Below, one piece after another: positions 22,301-30,946 of a DNA stretch of 62,087 nucleotides; position 1 is the first letter of the stretch; each line of letters opens with the position of its first letter. The translations under genes and the position numbers were made by a program. A model generated the notes under the pieces. The model saw nothing but the letters and a program-made list of their open reading frames with translations. It was not told the origin of the DNA and made no database searches. This stretch comes from Chloroflexota bacterium (GTDB lineage: Bacteria; Chloroflexota; Limnocylindria; Limnocylindrales; CSP1-4). The DNA lies in the NCBI GenBank assembly GCA_041691215.1, contig JBEPVB010000001.1, forward strand, positions 1 through 62,087. The letters are read 5' to 3'.

Positions 22301-23130
22301 TGGGCGGCGGCCGTCGAGGCCGCCTCGACCCTCGACAGCTCGACGAGCGCCGTGTCGACGTCGGCCCGTGCCGCCGCCAGGATCCGTTCCGCCGAGCTGA
22401 TCCGGCCGCCCGCCTCGTGCCAACGGGCGTGGCCTGCCGCCAGGAGCCCGAGGACCAGCTCGTCACCGGCCGACAGCCGGGTCGCCTGTTGCTCGGCCTG
22501 CGCCGCCAGGCGGCGGACCTGGGGGCGGAGCTCCGAGACGATGTCCTCGACGCGAGCCAGGTTGGCCTCGGATTCGACGAGCTGCTCCTCCGCTCGCCGG
22601 CGGCGGCGCTCATGGCGGTGGACACCGGCGACCTCCTCGAAGAGCGGGCGGCGCTCCTCGGGCCGCAGGGCCAGGGCCTGGTCGACCATGCCCTGGCCGA
22701 TGAACAGGAAGGCGTTCTCGGCCAGGTGCGCTGCGTCCAGGAAATCCACCAGGTCGCGGAGCCGAACCCGCTGGCGATTGAGGAGGTACTCGTTCTCGCC
22801 GGAGCGATAGAGGCGGCGGCCCAGCTCCACGGTCCCGTACTCGACGGGCAGCAGCGCATCGGCGTTGTCGAGTGTCAGCTGGACGTCGGCCATCCCGACC
22901 GCCGAGCGGCGTTCCGAGCCCGCCCAGATGACGTCTTCGGCCTTCCTGGAGCGAAGGGCCCGGCCCTGCTCCCCGAGCGACCAGCGAAGGGCATCCGCCA
23001 GGTTGCTCTTGCCGGACCCGTTGGGGCCGACGACGGCGCTGATCCCCGGCCCGAAGGTCACGAGGGTCCGCTCGGCGAAGGACTTGAACCCCTGGAGCCG
23101 AACCGACAGGAGCCTTGCCGGTGCCGTCAC
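19297..23130 (-). CDS. smc: Chromosome partition protein Smc.
   Basis: GPNGSGKSN Walker A, a long Ala/Arg/Glu coiled coil, the LSGGERAL signature and Walker B FCVLDEVDAALD. Confidence 0.95.
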   Translation of the reverse strand: MTAPARLLSVRLQGFKSFAERTLVTFGPGISAVVGPNGSGKSNLADALRWSLGEQGRALRSRKAEDVIWAGSERRSAVGMADVQLTLDNADALLPVEYGTVELGRRLYRSGENEYLLNRQRVRLRDLVDFLDAAHLAENAFLFIGQGMVDQALALRPEERRPLFEEVAGVHRHERRRRRAEEQLVESEANLARVEDIVSELRPQVRRLAAQAEQQATRLSAGDELVLGLLAAGHARWHEAGGRISSAERILAAARADVDTALVELSRVEAASTAAAQALDERARSGAALRARADAARTVLTAARLEEGRITAERSALGRDRERISGERAATDADLAQQRRRLAAPTGSRDVALDAALADAERELAAALAELADLQAANQARDEDSAAVRRAGTARAAEVEAGSRRLAEAERRLAEETANAASMAEKVDQATRTTAHATTTLEVAVAAEGAAASAREEAARAWTAAGAAAATAAERAGTATAGLAAAHARVDAAKAAIEDDRSSGFAARMRDRGARRVDDGLVVDPVFQAAADTALAGAARAYLTTTDGLLEKPGDRGLGVVADRLRDVSGMTVAPPSAGQRPAGTAPAGRAVAGLAPDPGVALRDHVAAAGGGLLREAIRRDGAGAASRLLARVVWLPDLASALGTQPILPAGWSAVPLDGSALIGEVTVRLGGSDRTLERKAELDRSTTELRAAEKVAGLAAADRVAAENAMAAARNALDAARSAEDAATGERRRAEEEERLSARRLEADVREAAWHAAQMDRLAAEVERARAAVPAPLTPSVASAGDPAASDALRTWQARAAELRSRRDRLAAQVAETDAIRREADRRRAAAEAAIDLDEARLAATDRSMLALAERERAMDAERDALVARLAEAVVREAEAGEALHGLEAADAADRSRLGEAEHASAAARDRLRAAEDAARVAEVRDLEARLGLDAIREQLQVELAGLGSLSLRHLEPAGDPAPADDQGRVPTSGSSGPTATDEAAVPAAATSDAAAADAEAADDEGEDAARLTAALAAAGTVWAATAPPDPPPSPGRLAGLRRRYHELGAANPFAVDEYATVRTRLEQLEGQRDDLRTAIDRTRSLIAELDTMISTQFRSTFAALETRFDARFRQLFGGGFARLSLTDPEDLASTGIEIVARPPGKKPQALAMLSGGERALTAVALLFAMLEVRPVPFCVLDEVDAALDEANVGRFTAALRELAEATQFIVITHNRGTIEIADALYGVTVGDDSVSRVISLRLDEATELAEQGRSDGAVGPAVAAGSSGMGSPA

Positions 23131-23852
23131 CCGGGACCCTCGTCCCCCGGGAGATCCGTCGGCGCGGCCTGCAGGCGCTCCAGCGCCTCGGCCGCCGCAA
23201 AGGTCTCGGCCACGCGCCGCGACGGGCCGACCCCGGCGCCGAGCGGCCGATCGTCGACGAGGACCTCGATCCGGAAGACCTTCTCGTGGTCGGGGCCGAG
23301 GGCCTCGAGGATCCGGTACTCGGGCCGGCCGCCGGTCGTCCGCTGGGTCAGCTCCTGGAGCCGGCTCTTGGGGCTCTTGAGGGACGAGGCCGTCGGCGCC
23401 GCCCGGAGCTCGGGGGCGGCGATCGCGGCGATCCAGGCGGCGGCCGCGTCCCAGCCCGCCTCGAGGACCACGGCGCCGGCAATGGCCTCGAGGGCGGAGG
23501 CAAGGAGCGACGGGCGGACGCGGCCGCCGCGGAGGGACTCGCCCTCGCCCAGGGACAGGTCGTCGCCGATAGCCAGGCGGGTCGCGATGCGGGCCAGTCC
23601 CGTCGTGCTCACGATCGCGGCCCGGCGCGAAGAGAGGAGCCCTTCGTCGTCGTCCGGATGGCGCTTGAAGAGCTCCTGCGAGATCGCCAGGCTGATCACG
23701 GCATCGCCGAGAAACTCCAGGCGTTCATTGTGGCCGGGCGATTCACCGGGATGCTCATGGAGCCACGAAGCGTGGGTCAGGGCCTGGACGATGAGCTCGC
23801 GTTTTCGAACCGGCAGGCCCAGGCGTTCGACCAGGGCATCGATCCGATCCAT
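23127..23852 (-). CDS. rnc: Ribonuclease III.
   Basis: ERLEFLGDAV signature with a C-terminal dsRBD. Confidence 0.95.
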   Translation of the reverse strand: MDRIDALVERLGLPVRKRELIVQALTHASWLHEHPGESPGHNERLEFLGDAVISLAISQELFKRHPDDDEGLLSSRRAAIVSTTGLARIATRLAIGDDLSLGEGESLRGGRVRPSLLASALEAIAGAVVLEAGWDAAAAWIAAIAAPELRAAPTASSLKSPKSRLQELTQRTTGGRPEYRILEALGPDHEKVFRIEVLVDDRPLGAGVGPSRRVAETFAAAEALERLQAAPTDLPGDEGPG

Positions 23853-23911
23853 GGCGTGGACCTCTTGGGCAGGCCCCGGACCAGGATCAGCAGGAACGGG
23901 CGGGGTCGCCC

Positions 23912-24148
23912 TCAGGACTGCCGCTCTTCGATGTAGTCGGCGGCGTCCTGGACGGTCCGGATCTTCTCGGCGTCCTCGTCGGAGATCTCGGTCCCGAACT
24001 CTTCCTCGAGGCTCATGATGAGCTCCACGAGATCGAGGGAGTCGGCGTTCAGATCGTCGACGAAGGAAGCCTCGGGCTTGACCTCGTCCTCGTCGACACC
24101 GAGCTGCTCGACGACGATCTTCTTCAGCCGCTCGTAAATCGTTGCCAA
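23912..24148 (-). CDS. acpP: Acyl carrier protein.
   Basis: 78 aa with the phosphopantetheine site [24 protein letters not shown] lies upstream. Confidence 0.95.
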   Translation of the reverse strand: MATIYERLKKIVVEQLGVDEDEVKPEASFVDDLNADSLDLVELIMSLEEEFGTEISDEDAEKIRTVQDAADYIEERQS

Positions 24149-24179
24149 GGGACTCCCTCCTGAGGATTCGGACCGGCGG

Positions 24180-24623
24180 TCACCCGCCGGGGGTGTCTCG
24201 TGCGATCTGGCCGAGGACGCCGTTCATGAGGCGACGCATCGGCTCTCCGCTGTAGGTTCGTGCGAGTTCGACCCACTCGGCGATCGCCACCCGGGCCGGC
24301 GTGGCCGAGTGTAGCACCTCACCAATGGCGCAACGGAGCAGGGAGCGGTCCATCCGGGCCAGCGAAACGACCGGGTAGCGGGGCGCCAGGACCCCGATCC
24401 GAGCATCGATCGTGTCCCGATTCACGACCACGATGTCGACCAGGCGGCGGGCCAGCTCGGCCGTCTCGGGGTCGCCTTCGTTGGCCGCCAGATCCCGCTC
24501 GAGGATGGCCGGCGGCGTCCGCTGGCCGAACTCCGCCTCGAAGACCGCGGCCAGGGCCGCCCGCCGGGCGGCACGCCGGGAGCGAAGCGAATCCGAGGGC
24601 CGCCGGCTCCGTCCAGCCACCAC
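24180..24623 (-). CDS. nusB: Transcription antitermination factor NusB.
   Basis: Arg-rich N-terminus followed by [13 protein letters not shown]...[10 protein letters not shown]..., a typical NusB helical fold sequence. Confidence 0.85.
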   Translation of the reverse strand: MVAGRSRRPSDSLRSRRAARRAALAAVFEAEFGQRTPPAILERDLAANEGDPETAELARRLVDIVVVNRDTIDARIGVLAPRYPVVSLARMDRSLLRCAIGEVLHSATPARVAIAEWVELARTYSGEPMRRLMNGVLGQIARDTPGG

Positions 24624-24633
24624 GGGCCCGAGC

Positions 24634-24948
24634 TCAGGCCCCGACGCCGTCGACGACGATCGTCACCGAGCCGAGGTCGAGGCCGAGCAGCCGCTCGATC
24701 GCGCCAGCCACCGCGACGCGCGCCTGGCGTCCGACGGCGGCCAGGTCGGCGCCCGGGCGCGCAAGGACCCAGAGGCGGATGTCGACCCGGCTGCCGTGCG
24801 TTCGGACGGCCACGGCCGGGCCCCGAAAGAAGGCTCGCCAGGCGGGGCCGCCACGGGCGACGCGAAGGACTCCCGGGACCTCGAGCGCGGCGAGGCGGGC
24901 CATTTCGACGATGACCCCACGACCGACCGACAGAATCGGCCCGCTCAC
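24634..24948 (-). CDS. Asp23/Gls24-family (alkaline shock) protein.
   Basis: MSGPILSVGRGVIVEMARLAALEVPGVLRV... The GTG start overlaps the plsX stop (GTGA). Confidence 0.8.
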   Translation of the reverse strand: MSGPILSVGRGVIVEMARLAALEVPGVLRVARGGPAWRAFFRGPAVAVRTHGSRVDIRLWVLARPGADLAAVGRQARVAVAGAIERLLGLDLGSVTIVVDGVGA

Positions 24949-26000
24949 GCCGTCACCTCGGCCGTGCGTCCCGCCGCGTCCTCCCGGAGGGCCTCGGCGA
25001 TGAGGGCCGGGACCCCCGTCCGGGCCGTCGTGGCCGCCACCTCGCAGGCGAAGCCGATCATCCGCCGCTTCGCCCGGCCGTGGGTGATGATGACCGCGCC
25101 GCGAACCCCGAGGAGGGGTGAGCCGCCGACCTTCTCGTAGTCGAAGACCTCCCGGATCCGGCCGATGCCGGGACGCATGAGGAGGTACGCCAGGCGCCCT
25201 CGGAGGGAGCCGCCCAACTCGGCCCGAAAGAGGTCGAAGATGAAGGTCGAGAGGCCTTCGAAGAACTTGATCACCACGTTGCCGGTGACCGCGTCGGTCA
25301 CCACCACGTCGGCGCCCTGGCCGGTCAGGTCCCGGCCCTCGACATTGCCCACGAAGTTGAGCCCGGAGTCGTCGAGGAGCTCGCTCGCGCGCTGGATCCT
25401 GAGGTCACCCTTGCCCTTCTCCTCGCCGATGGAAAGGAGGGCCACCCGGGGGCTGGCGATGCCGAGGACGCGCTCGGCGAAGATCGAGCCCATCCGGGCG
25501 TACTGGACGAGGTTCTCGGGGCTCGAGTCAGGATTGGCCCCGATGTCGAGGAGGACGAACGGCGTCCCGCCCCGGATCATCTGGACGGCCAGGGCCGGCC
25601 GGTCGACGCCGGGCAGGCGCCCGATCCGGAGGACGGCGGCGGCCATCCCGGCGCCCGTGTGGCCGGCCGTCACGACCGCGTCTGCCTCACCCTTCCGGAC
25701 GAGCTCGCAGGCGACGACGATCGAGGCGTCCTTCTTCTCGCGGAGGGCCTGGGCCGGGTGCTCGTCCATCTCGATGACCTGGGAGGCGTGGACGATCGAG
25801 GCGTTTGACGGCAGGGGCCCGGCGATCGCGGCGACCCGCGCCTCGTCACCGACGAGGACGACATGATCCTCGGGATGCGCCCGGGCGTGGTCGAGGGCGC
25901 CGGGTATGACTTCCTCGGGCCCGTGGTCGCCGCCCATCGCATCGACCGCGAGGCGGACGCCGTGGGCGTCCGGCCCCGGAGCGACGGACTGGCTGGTCAT
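24945..26000 (-). CDS. plsX: Phosphate acyltransferase PlsX.
   Basis: LAVDAMGGDHGPEE motif. Confidence 0.95.
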   Translation of the reverse strand: MTSQSVAPGPDAHGVRLAVDAMGGDHGPEEVIPGALDHARAHPEDHVVLVGDEARVAAIAGPLPSNASIVHASQVIEMDEHPAQALREKKDASIVVACELVRKGEADAVVTAGHTGAGMAAAVLRIGRLPGVDRPALAVQMIRGGTPFVLLDIGANPDSSPENLVQYARMGSIFAERVLGIASPRVALLSIGEEKGKGDLRIQRASELLDDSGLNFVGNVEGRDLTGQGADVVVTDAVTGNVVIKFFEGLSTFIFDLFRAELGGSLRGRLAYLLMRPGIGRIREVFDYEKVGGSPLLGVRGAVIITHGRAKRRMIGFACEVAATTARTGVPALIAEALREDAAGRTAEVTA

Positions 26001-26004
26001 GGGA

Positions 26005-26205
26005 TCAGGACGCGGGCTCGTCCTTGGCGGTCTTCACTTCGAGGACCGGCCGGCCGGCGTAGTAGCCGCAGTTCAGGCAGGCGCGATGCGAGCGCTTCTG
26101 CTCGTGGCAGTGGGGGCATTCCTCGAGCTGCGGGAGGGTCAGCGCAAGGTGCGCCCGACGATCCCCCTGGCGAGCGTGGGAGACGCGTCGCTTCGGCACA
26201 CCCAT
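26005..26205 (-). CDS. rpmF: 50S ribosomal protein L32.
   Basis: MGVPKRRVSHARQGDRRAH with the zinc ribbon CPHC...CLNC. Confidence 0.95.
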   Translation of the reverse strand: MGVPKRRVSHARQGDRRAHLALTLPQLEECPHCHEQKRSHRACLNCGYYAGRPVLEVKTAKDEPAS

Positions 26206-26331
26206 GAGATTGCTGCTCCTTTCCGAGGACCTCGCCTCGGCGAGGGTCGGCCGGCGCGGCGCGCGAACGCGGCGCGATGAAATCTTCGTTCGGATCGACC
26301 CCGGGGCACGCGGGCGCGGGACCGAGGGCGG

Positions 26332-26337
26332 AGTCTA
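26332..26337 (-). promoter_or_regulatory. Candidate -10 element (TAGACT) for rpmF-plsX, overlapping the yceD stop.
   Basis: The minus strand reads AACGAGTAGACTCCGCC, which shares the TAGACTCCGC core with the rpsF block. Confidence 0.3.
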
Positions 26338-26889
26338 CTCGTTCTCGGCTTCGGCGTCGACCCAGAAGGCCTGCAGCGCCGCCAGGCGAGGGTCGATGTC
26401 GTCCGCCTCGTGGTCCGCGTGCCCGGAACCGAGGCGCACGCCGCAGGTGATGCACAGGCCCGGGCAATCCGGCTCGCACAGCGGCGCGATCGGCTCGGCC
26501 AGCGAGATCGCCTCCCGAAAGAGGGCCGCGAGGTCGAGCTCGTGGTGGTCGGTCAGGCGGGCGACCTCGGGTTCGACGGCCTCGTCGATCGCCTTGCCCG
26601 TCCCGAGGTCGACGCTCGGCAGGACCTCTTCCCGGATGGTGATGTCGAGGGGAACCACGGCCGGCCGGAGGCAGCGGGAACACGCTTCCGCGAGCGACGT
26701 CCGGATCCGGGCGTCGACCAGGAGGCCGCGGTTGGTGCGGGCGATGGCCACCGCCCCGTTGATGGGCGAGGCCAGGACGAGGCCGTCATCGAGGCCGATC
26801 GTGGCCGCCGGGACCTCGACGTGACGGGTGGATCCGGGGGCTTCCGCCAGGAGCCCGGCGAGGGGGATCGAAAGGGGCGCGCGGGTCAC
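26335..26889 (-). CDS. yceD: YceD/DUF177-family protein.
   Basis: C-terminal Cys cluster CEPDCPGLCITCG at the conserved position upstream of rpmF. Confidence 0.85.
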   Translation of the reverse strand: MTRAPLSIPLAGLLAEAPGSTRHVEVPAATIGLDDGLVLASPINGAVAIARTNRGLLVDARIRTSLAEACSRCLRPAVVPLDITIREEVLPSVDLGTGKAIDEAVEPEVARLTDHHELDLAALFREAISLAEPIAPLCEPDCPGLCITCGVRLGSGHADHEADDIDPRLAALQAFWVDAEAENE

Positions 26890-27530
26890 CGGAAGTCGGG
26901 GCGCTCCGCGTCCTCGTCGTCGTCAAGGGCCGTCGCTTCGACGGCCTCTTCCTCGTCGCCGTCGTCGACGCCCAGGTCGGTAACGGCCAGGGCCGCCCGG
27001 CGGTCGTCGAGGACCGCGATCCCTTTCTGGACGCCCGCCAGCGCCTTCCCGACCTCGATCTCGAGGGCCTCGAGGAGCCCGAACGCGTAGTCGTCGGCAC
27101 CGGCCCGTGTCGCTTCCGCGGCGACGTCGGCGGCGGCGATGATTTTGCGGCCCTCATCCTCCGCCAGCTCGAGGAGCCCACGCTCGCCGATGAGGAAGGC
27201 GGCCTGCTCCTGGGCCCGGCTGACGATCCGGCTCGCCTCTTCCTCGGCCTTCTCGATGATCCGCTCGCCCTCGGCATTGATCCGCTTGGCGGCCCGAACC
27301 TCTTCAGGAATGGCCACCCTGAGCTGGTCGACGAGGTCGAGGATCGCGTCGCGGTCGACGACCGCGTTCCGGGTCAGGGGCAGCGACTTGCCCGTGGCGA
27401 CGAGCGATTCAAGACGCTCGAGGAGGAAGATGATGTCCAGGGCTAGGGCCTCCGGCGATGGCGTGCTGGCGGGCTCGATTATGGCACGCGGCCGCGGCTC
27501 ATCGGGTTGCCAGCGCGGCGCGGATGGCAT
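26886..27530 (-). CDS. Coiled-coil protein of unknown function with an acidic tail.
   Basis: 214-aa ORF rich in E, A and R heptads (RAAKRINAEGERIIEKAEEEASRIVSRAQEQAAF...). The start is uncertain: ATG 27530 overlaps coaD by 32 nt, and a CATAAT -10-like element at about 27479-27484 lies inside that 5' end. Confidence 0.6.
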   Translation of the reverse strand: MPSAPRWQPDEPRPRAIIEPASTPSPEALALDIIFLLERLESLVATGKSLPLTRNAVVDRDAILDLVDQLRVAIPEEVRAAKRINAEGERIIEKAEEEASRIVSRAQEQAAFLIGERGLLELAEDEGRKIIAAADVAAEATRAGADDYAFGLLEALEIEVGKALAGVQKGIAVLDDRRAALAVTDLGVDDGDEEEAVEATALDDDEDAERPDFR

Positions 27531-27993
27531 CGGCCGCCGGCGCCGGGATCATGCCCGAGACATCGCCCCCGAAGGAGGCGATCTCCTTGACCAGGCTGGA
27601 GCTGACGTAGCCCTGCTCGAGGGAGGTCATGAAGAAGACCGTGTCGATGTCGGGCGCGAGCTTCCGGTTGTTGTGGGCAAGCTGCATCTCGGCCTCGAAG
27701 TCCGAGACCGCCCGCAGGCCTCGAACGATCGAGGCCGCGCCGTTCGCCCGGACGGCGTCGACGGTCAGGCCGTCGAAGGTCGTGACGGCGGTCCGGTTGG
27801 CCGGCAGACCCGCGGCCTCGATGGCCGCCAGCAGGATCCTCAGCCGTTCGTCGGCCGGCAGAAGCGGCGCCTTCCTGGGATTGGCGAGCACCGCCACGAC
27901 TACGCGATCGAAGACGGCCAATGCCCGGCCGAGGACGTCGAGATGCCCGTTCGTGACCGGATCGAACGACCCAGGGTAGACCGCGACCCTCAC
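27499..27993 (-). CDS. coaD: Phosphopantetheine adenylyltransferase.
   Basis: MRVAVYPGSFDPVTNGHLDV motif. Confidence 0.95.
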   Translation of the reverse strand: MRVAVYPGSFDPVTNGHLDVLGRALAVFDRVVVAVLANPRKAPLLPADERLRILLAAIEAAGLPANRTAVTTFDGLTVDAVRANGAASIVRGLRAVSDFEAEMQLAHNNRKLAPDIDTVFFMTSLEQGYVSSSLVKEIASFGGDVSGMIPAPAADAIRAALATR

Positions 27994-28670
27994 GCCTGCG
28001 CCTCCGTCGACTCGACCGCCCGGTAGAACGTCAGCGCCGTCTCGCCGAAGCGGCGTGCGCGCTCCGATGCTAGCAGCCCGATCTGCCCGGGCGGCTCGGT
28101 CCGCCAGTAGTGCTTGGCGACCACGACGGCCCCGGGCCCCAGGATCCCGCCGGCCGTCCCGAGGCGGTCGAGCGCCGCCAGCAGCAGCTCAGGCTTGTCG
28201 TACGGGGGATCGACGAAGGCGACACCGAACGGCCCGTTGCCGAAGCCCGCGGCGGTCCCAAGCCAGGCGAGGGCCTCGGCCCGGACGACCCGAACCTCGG
28301 GGCCTCCCAGGTGGGCTCGCTCGAGATTTGCCCGGATGACCGCCTCGGCCGCCCGGTCGCGTTCGACGAAGGTGGCCGCCGTCGCGCCGCGCGAGAGCGC
28401 CTCGATGCCCGCTGCCCCGCTGCCGGCGAAGAGGTCGAGGAAGGCGGCCCCACGGAGCTCGGGCTCGAGGATCGCGAACAGCGTCTGCTTGACGCGGTCG
28501 CCGATGGGCCGCGTCATCGCCCCGGGGCCGGCCAGCCGGGTGCCCCGCGCGACGCCGGCGATGACCCGTCCGGCAGCGGCGTGGGCGGCGGGTGTCGCCC
28601 CAACCACCCGAGCCGGCGCGGCCGGCTTCGGACGGGACCGCCCCGTCCCGCCACGACGGTCGTCAGGCAC
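27990..28670 (-). CDS. rsmD: 16S rRNA (guanine966-N2)-methyltransferase RsmD.
   Basis: FLDLFAGSGAAGIEALSRGA SAM motif and the VDPPY motif. The start is tentatively GTG 28670, overlapping the recG stop; the rest of track ORF 27990..29054 lies inside recG. Confidence 0.85.
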   Translation of the reverse strand: MPDDRRGGTGRSRPKPAAPARVVGATPAAHAAAGRVIAGVARGTRLAGPGAMTRPIGDRVKQTLFAILEPELRGAAFLDLFAGSGAAGIEALSRGATAATFVERDRAAEAVIRANLERAHLGGPEVRVVRAEALAWLGTAAGFGNGPFGVAFVDPPYDKPELLLAALDRLGTAGGILGPGAVVVAKHYWRTEPPGQIGLLASERARRFGETALTFYRAVESTEAQA

Positions 28671-30945
28671 TCGACTCGGCCTCGCCCCGGGAGACACCGG
28701 CCAGCCAGCCCGCGCCGAGCTCGGCGGCAAGGGCCTCCTGACCAGGCCGCAGCGCACCGCCCGGATCGAGCAGCGTTTCGGCGACCTGGCGGGCCTGGAC
28801 GGCCAGCTCTCGGTGGCCTTCGCGCTGGAGCGACGCGACTCGCAGGGCCGGCAGGCCGCTCTGCTCGAAGCCGAGGACATCGCCCTCCCGCCGGAGCTCC
28901 CAGTCCTTCTCGGCCAGGGCAAAGCCGTCGCGCTCGTCGCGGATGGCCGCCAGGCGGGCACGGGCCGTCTCGTCCTCCGAATCGGAGACGAGGACGCAGA
29001 ACGACTCGCGCGTTCCGCGGCCGACCCGGCCGCGCAGCTGGTGGAGCTGGGCAAGGCCGAAGCGGTCGGCGCTCTCGATGACCATCATCGTCGCCTCCGG
29101 GACGTCGACCCCGACTTCCACCACGGTCGTGCCCACGAGGACGTCGAGGTCGCCGTCGCGGAAGCGGGCCATCTCCGCGTCCCGGTTCGAGGCCTTGAGG
29201 CGCCCATGGACGAGCCCGACGCGGAGCGGGGCGAGGACCTCCCGGAGCCGGACAGCCTCGGCCTCGGCGGCAACGGCGGTCGATTCGATGACCGCCTCGT
29301 CCGGTGGCCCGAAGAAGTCCATCTCGCCTTCGGCCGGGGCCGCCGCATCGGTCTCGCCCGGCACGATCAGTGGCACGACCACGAAGGTCCGGCCGCCGCT
29401 GGCGGCTTCGTCGCGGACCCGCTGCCACGTGCCCTCCAGGTCGGTGAAGCGACGGATGCCGGTCCGGATCGCGACCCGGCCCTGGGGCGGCGTCCGGATG
29501 TCGGTCACGTCGAGGTCGGCATACAGGATCTGGCCGAGCGTTCGCGGGATCGGGGTCGCGGTCATGAGCAGGACATGGGGCACGGCGCCGCCCTTGGCCT
29601 CGAGGGCTGCTCGCTGCTCCACCCCGAAGCGGTGCTGCTCGTCAACGATGGCCAGGGCGAGATCGGCGAAGCGAACCGATTCGGAGATCAGGGCGTGGGT
29701 CCCGACGACCACGCCCGCCTGCCCCGACGCAAGGAGCTCCCGCGTCCGGTTCGCGTCGGAGGCGCGCATCGAGCCGGTGAGGAGCTCCACGCCGATGCCC
29801 AGCGGGGCCAGGAGGTCGGCGATCGTGCGCTGGTGCTGGCGAGCCAGGAGATCGGTCGGCGCCAGGATGGCACTCTGCCGGCCGGCCAGCGCCGCTGCCG
29901 CCAGGGCCCAGGCGGCGACTGCCGTCTTGCCCGAGCCGACGTCGCCCTGGAGGAGCCGGAGCATCGGGCTCGGCCGATCGAGATCGGTCCGGATGGCCGC
30001 GATGGCGGCGGCCTGATCCACGGTCAGGGTTACGGGGCCGCCGACCTTGCTCGACAGCGAGGCCTCCAGGGCCCCCCGAATCGCGCGGTCCTGGTCGTCG
30101 CTGATCGCGACCGGTCGGCCCTCCTCCCCGACCCTCGCCCGGCGCCGCCCGACCATCCCGATCTGGAGCGCCAGGAGCTCGTCGAAGGCCAGCCGGCGGA
30201 GAGCGGCGTCGCGCCGCTCAAAGGTCGTCGGGTAGTGGGCCTCCTCGAGGGCTTCGCCAATGCCGACGACCGCAACCTCGGCGCGCAGCGCCGGCGACAG
30301 GTACTCGGGGTAGACGGCGGCCGAGCGGTCGAGGGCCCCCCGGACCGCCCGGCGCAGCGAGTTCGCGGTGAGGCCCGCGGTGAGGCGGTAGACCGGCACG
30401 ATGCGGCCGGCGTGCAGGAGGGCCGCCCCGTCGTCGGCCTGGAACTCCGGGTTGTCGAGGGTCATCCGGTAGCCGAAGCGGCGGAGCTTGCCGCTCACGA
30501 CGATGGCATCGCCAGCCTTCAGGCGCCGCTCGATGTAGCGCCGGCCGAACCAGGTGGCATCGAGGCTGCCGGTCTCGTCCTCGAGGCGGGCGATCGTCCG
30601 CTGCACCCGCCGCCGAAAGGACGCCTCGACGCGGAGATCGGCGACGCGAACCCGGGCCGAGACGAGCTCGCCGTCCGCAACGCTGCCCAGGTCCCCGATC
30701 CGGCGCATCTCCCGGAGGTCCTCGTAGCGCCGCGGGACCCGGAAGAGGAGGTCCCGGACGCGAACGATGCCGAGGCGCCGGCCCGCCCGGGCCACGACGC
30801 CGGCGCCCGGCAATCCCGATCGCCCGATCGGTGCGTCGAGGAGCTCGAGCGGATCGAGGGGCGGCGCGACCGCCGCCTTGGCCCCGCGGCGGGAGGATGG
30901 CCCCCCACCAGCCGGCCCTGGCTCGCGGCCGGCGTTCGCGGCCAC
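28663..30945 (-). CDS. recG: ATP-dependent DNA helicase RecG.
   Basis: GDVGSGKT Walker A, DEQHRFG and a wedge-domain N-terminus. The start is trimmed to GTG 30945, just after the yloV stop. Confidence 0.92.
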   Translation of the reverse strand: MAANAGREPGPAGGGPSSRRGAKAAVAPPLDPLELLDAPIGRSGLPGAGVVARAGRRLGIVRVRDLLFRVPRRYEDLREMRRIGDLGSVADGELVSARVRVADLRVEASFRRRVQRTIARLEDETGSLDATWFGRRYIERRLKAGDAIVVSGKLRRFGYRMTLDNPEFQADDGAALLHAGRIVPVYRLTAGLTANSLRRAVRGALDRSAAVYPEYLSPALRAEVAVVGIGEALEEAHYPTTFERRDAALRRLAFDELLALQIGMVGRRRARVGEEGRPVAISDDQDRAIRGALEASLSSKVGGPVTLTVDQAAAIAAIRTDLDRPSPMLRLLQGDVGSGKTAVAAWALAAAALAGRQSAILAPTDLLARQHQRTIADLLAPLGIGVELLTGSMRASDANRTRELLASGQAGVVVGTHALISESVRFADLALAIVDEQHRFGVEQRAALEAKGGAVPHVLLMTATPIPRTLGQILYADLDVTDIRTPPQGRVAIRTGIRRFTDLEGTWQRVRDEAASGGRTFVVVPLIVPGETDAAAPAEGEMDFFGPPDEAVIESTAVAAEAEAVRLREVLAPLRVGLVHGRLKASNRDAEMARFRDGDLDVLVGTTVVEVGVDVPEATMMVIESADRFGLAQLHQLRGRVGRGTRESFCVLVSDSEDETARARLAAIRDERDGFALAEKDWELRREGDVLGFEQSGLPALRVASLQREGHRELAVQARQVAETLLDPGGALRPGQEALAAELGAGWLAGVSRGEAESSA

Positions 30946-30946
30946 G

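Noticed and set aside
20857-24018. Very long plus-strand ORFs antisense to conserved genes: 20857..24018 (1053 aa), 14401..16914, 28114..30963, 42284..45388, 37518..40115 and 48361..50469.
   Set aside because: They are Arg/Gly/Pro/Ala-rich shadow ORFs, typical of high-GC DNA. Each lies opposite a clearly conserved minus-strand gene (smc/rnc, ffh, recG, priA/gmk, XDH, ileS) and shows no recognisable motifs.
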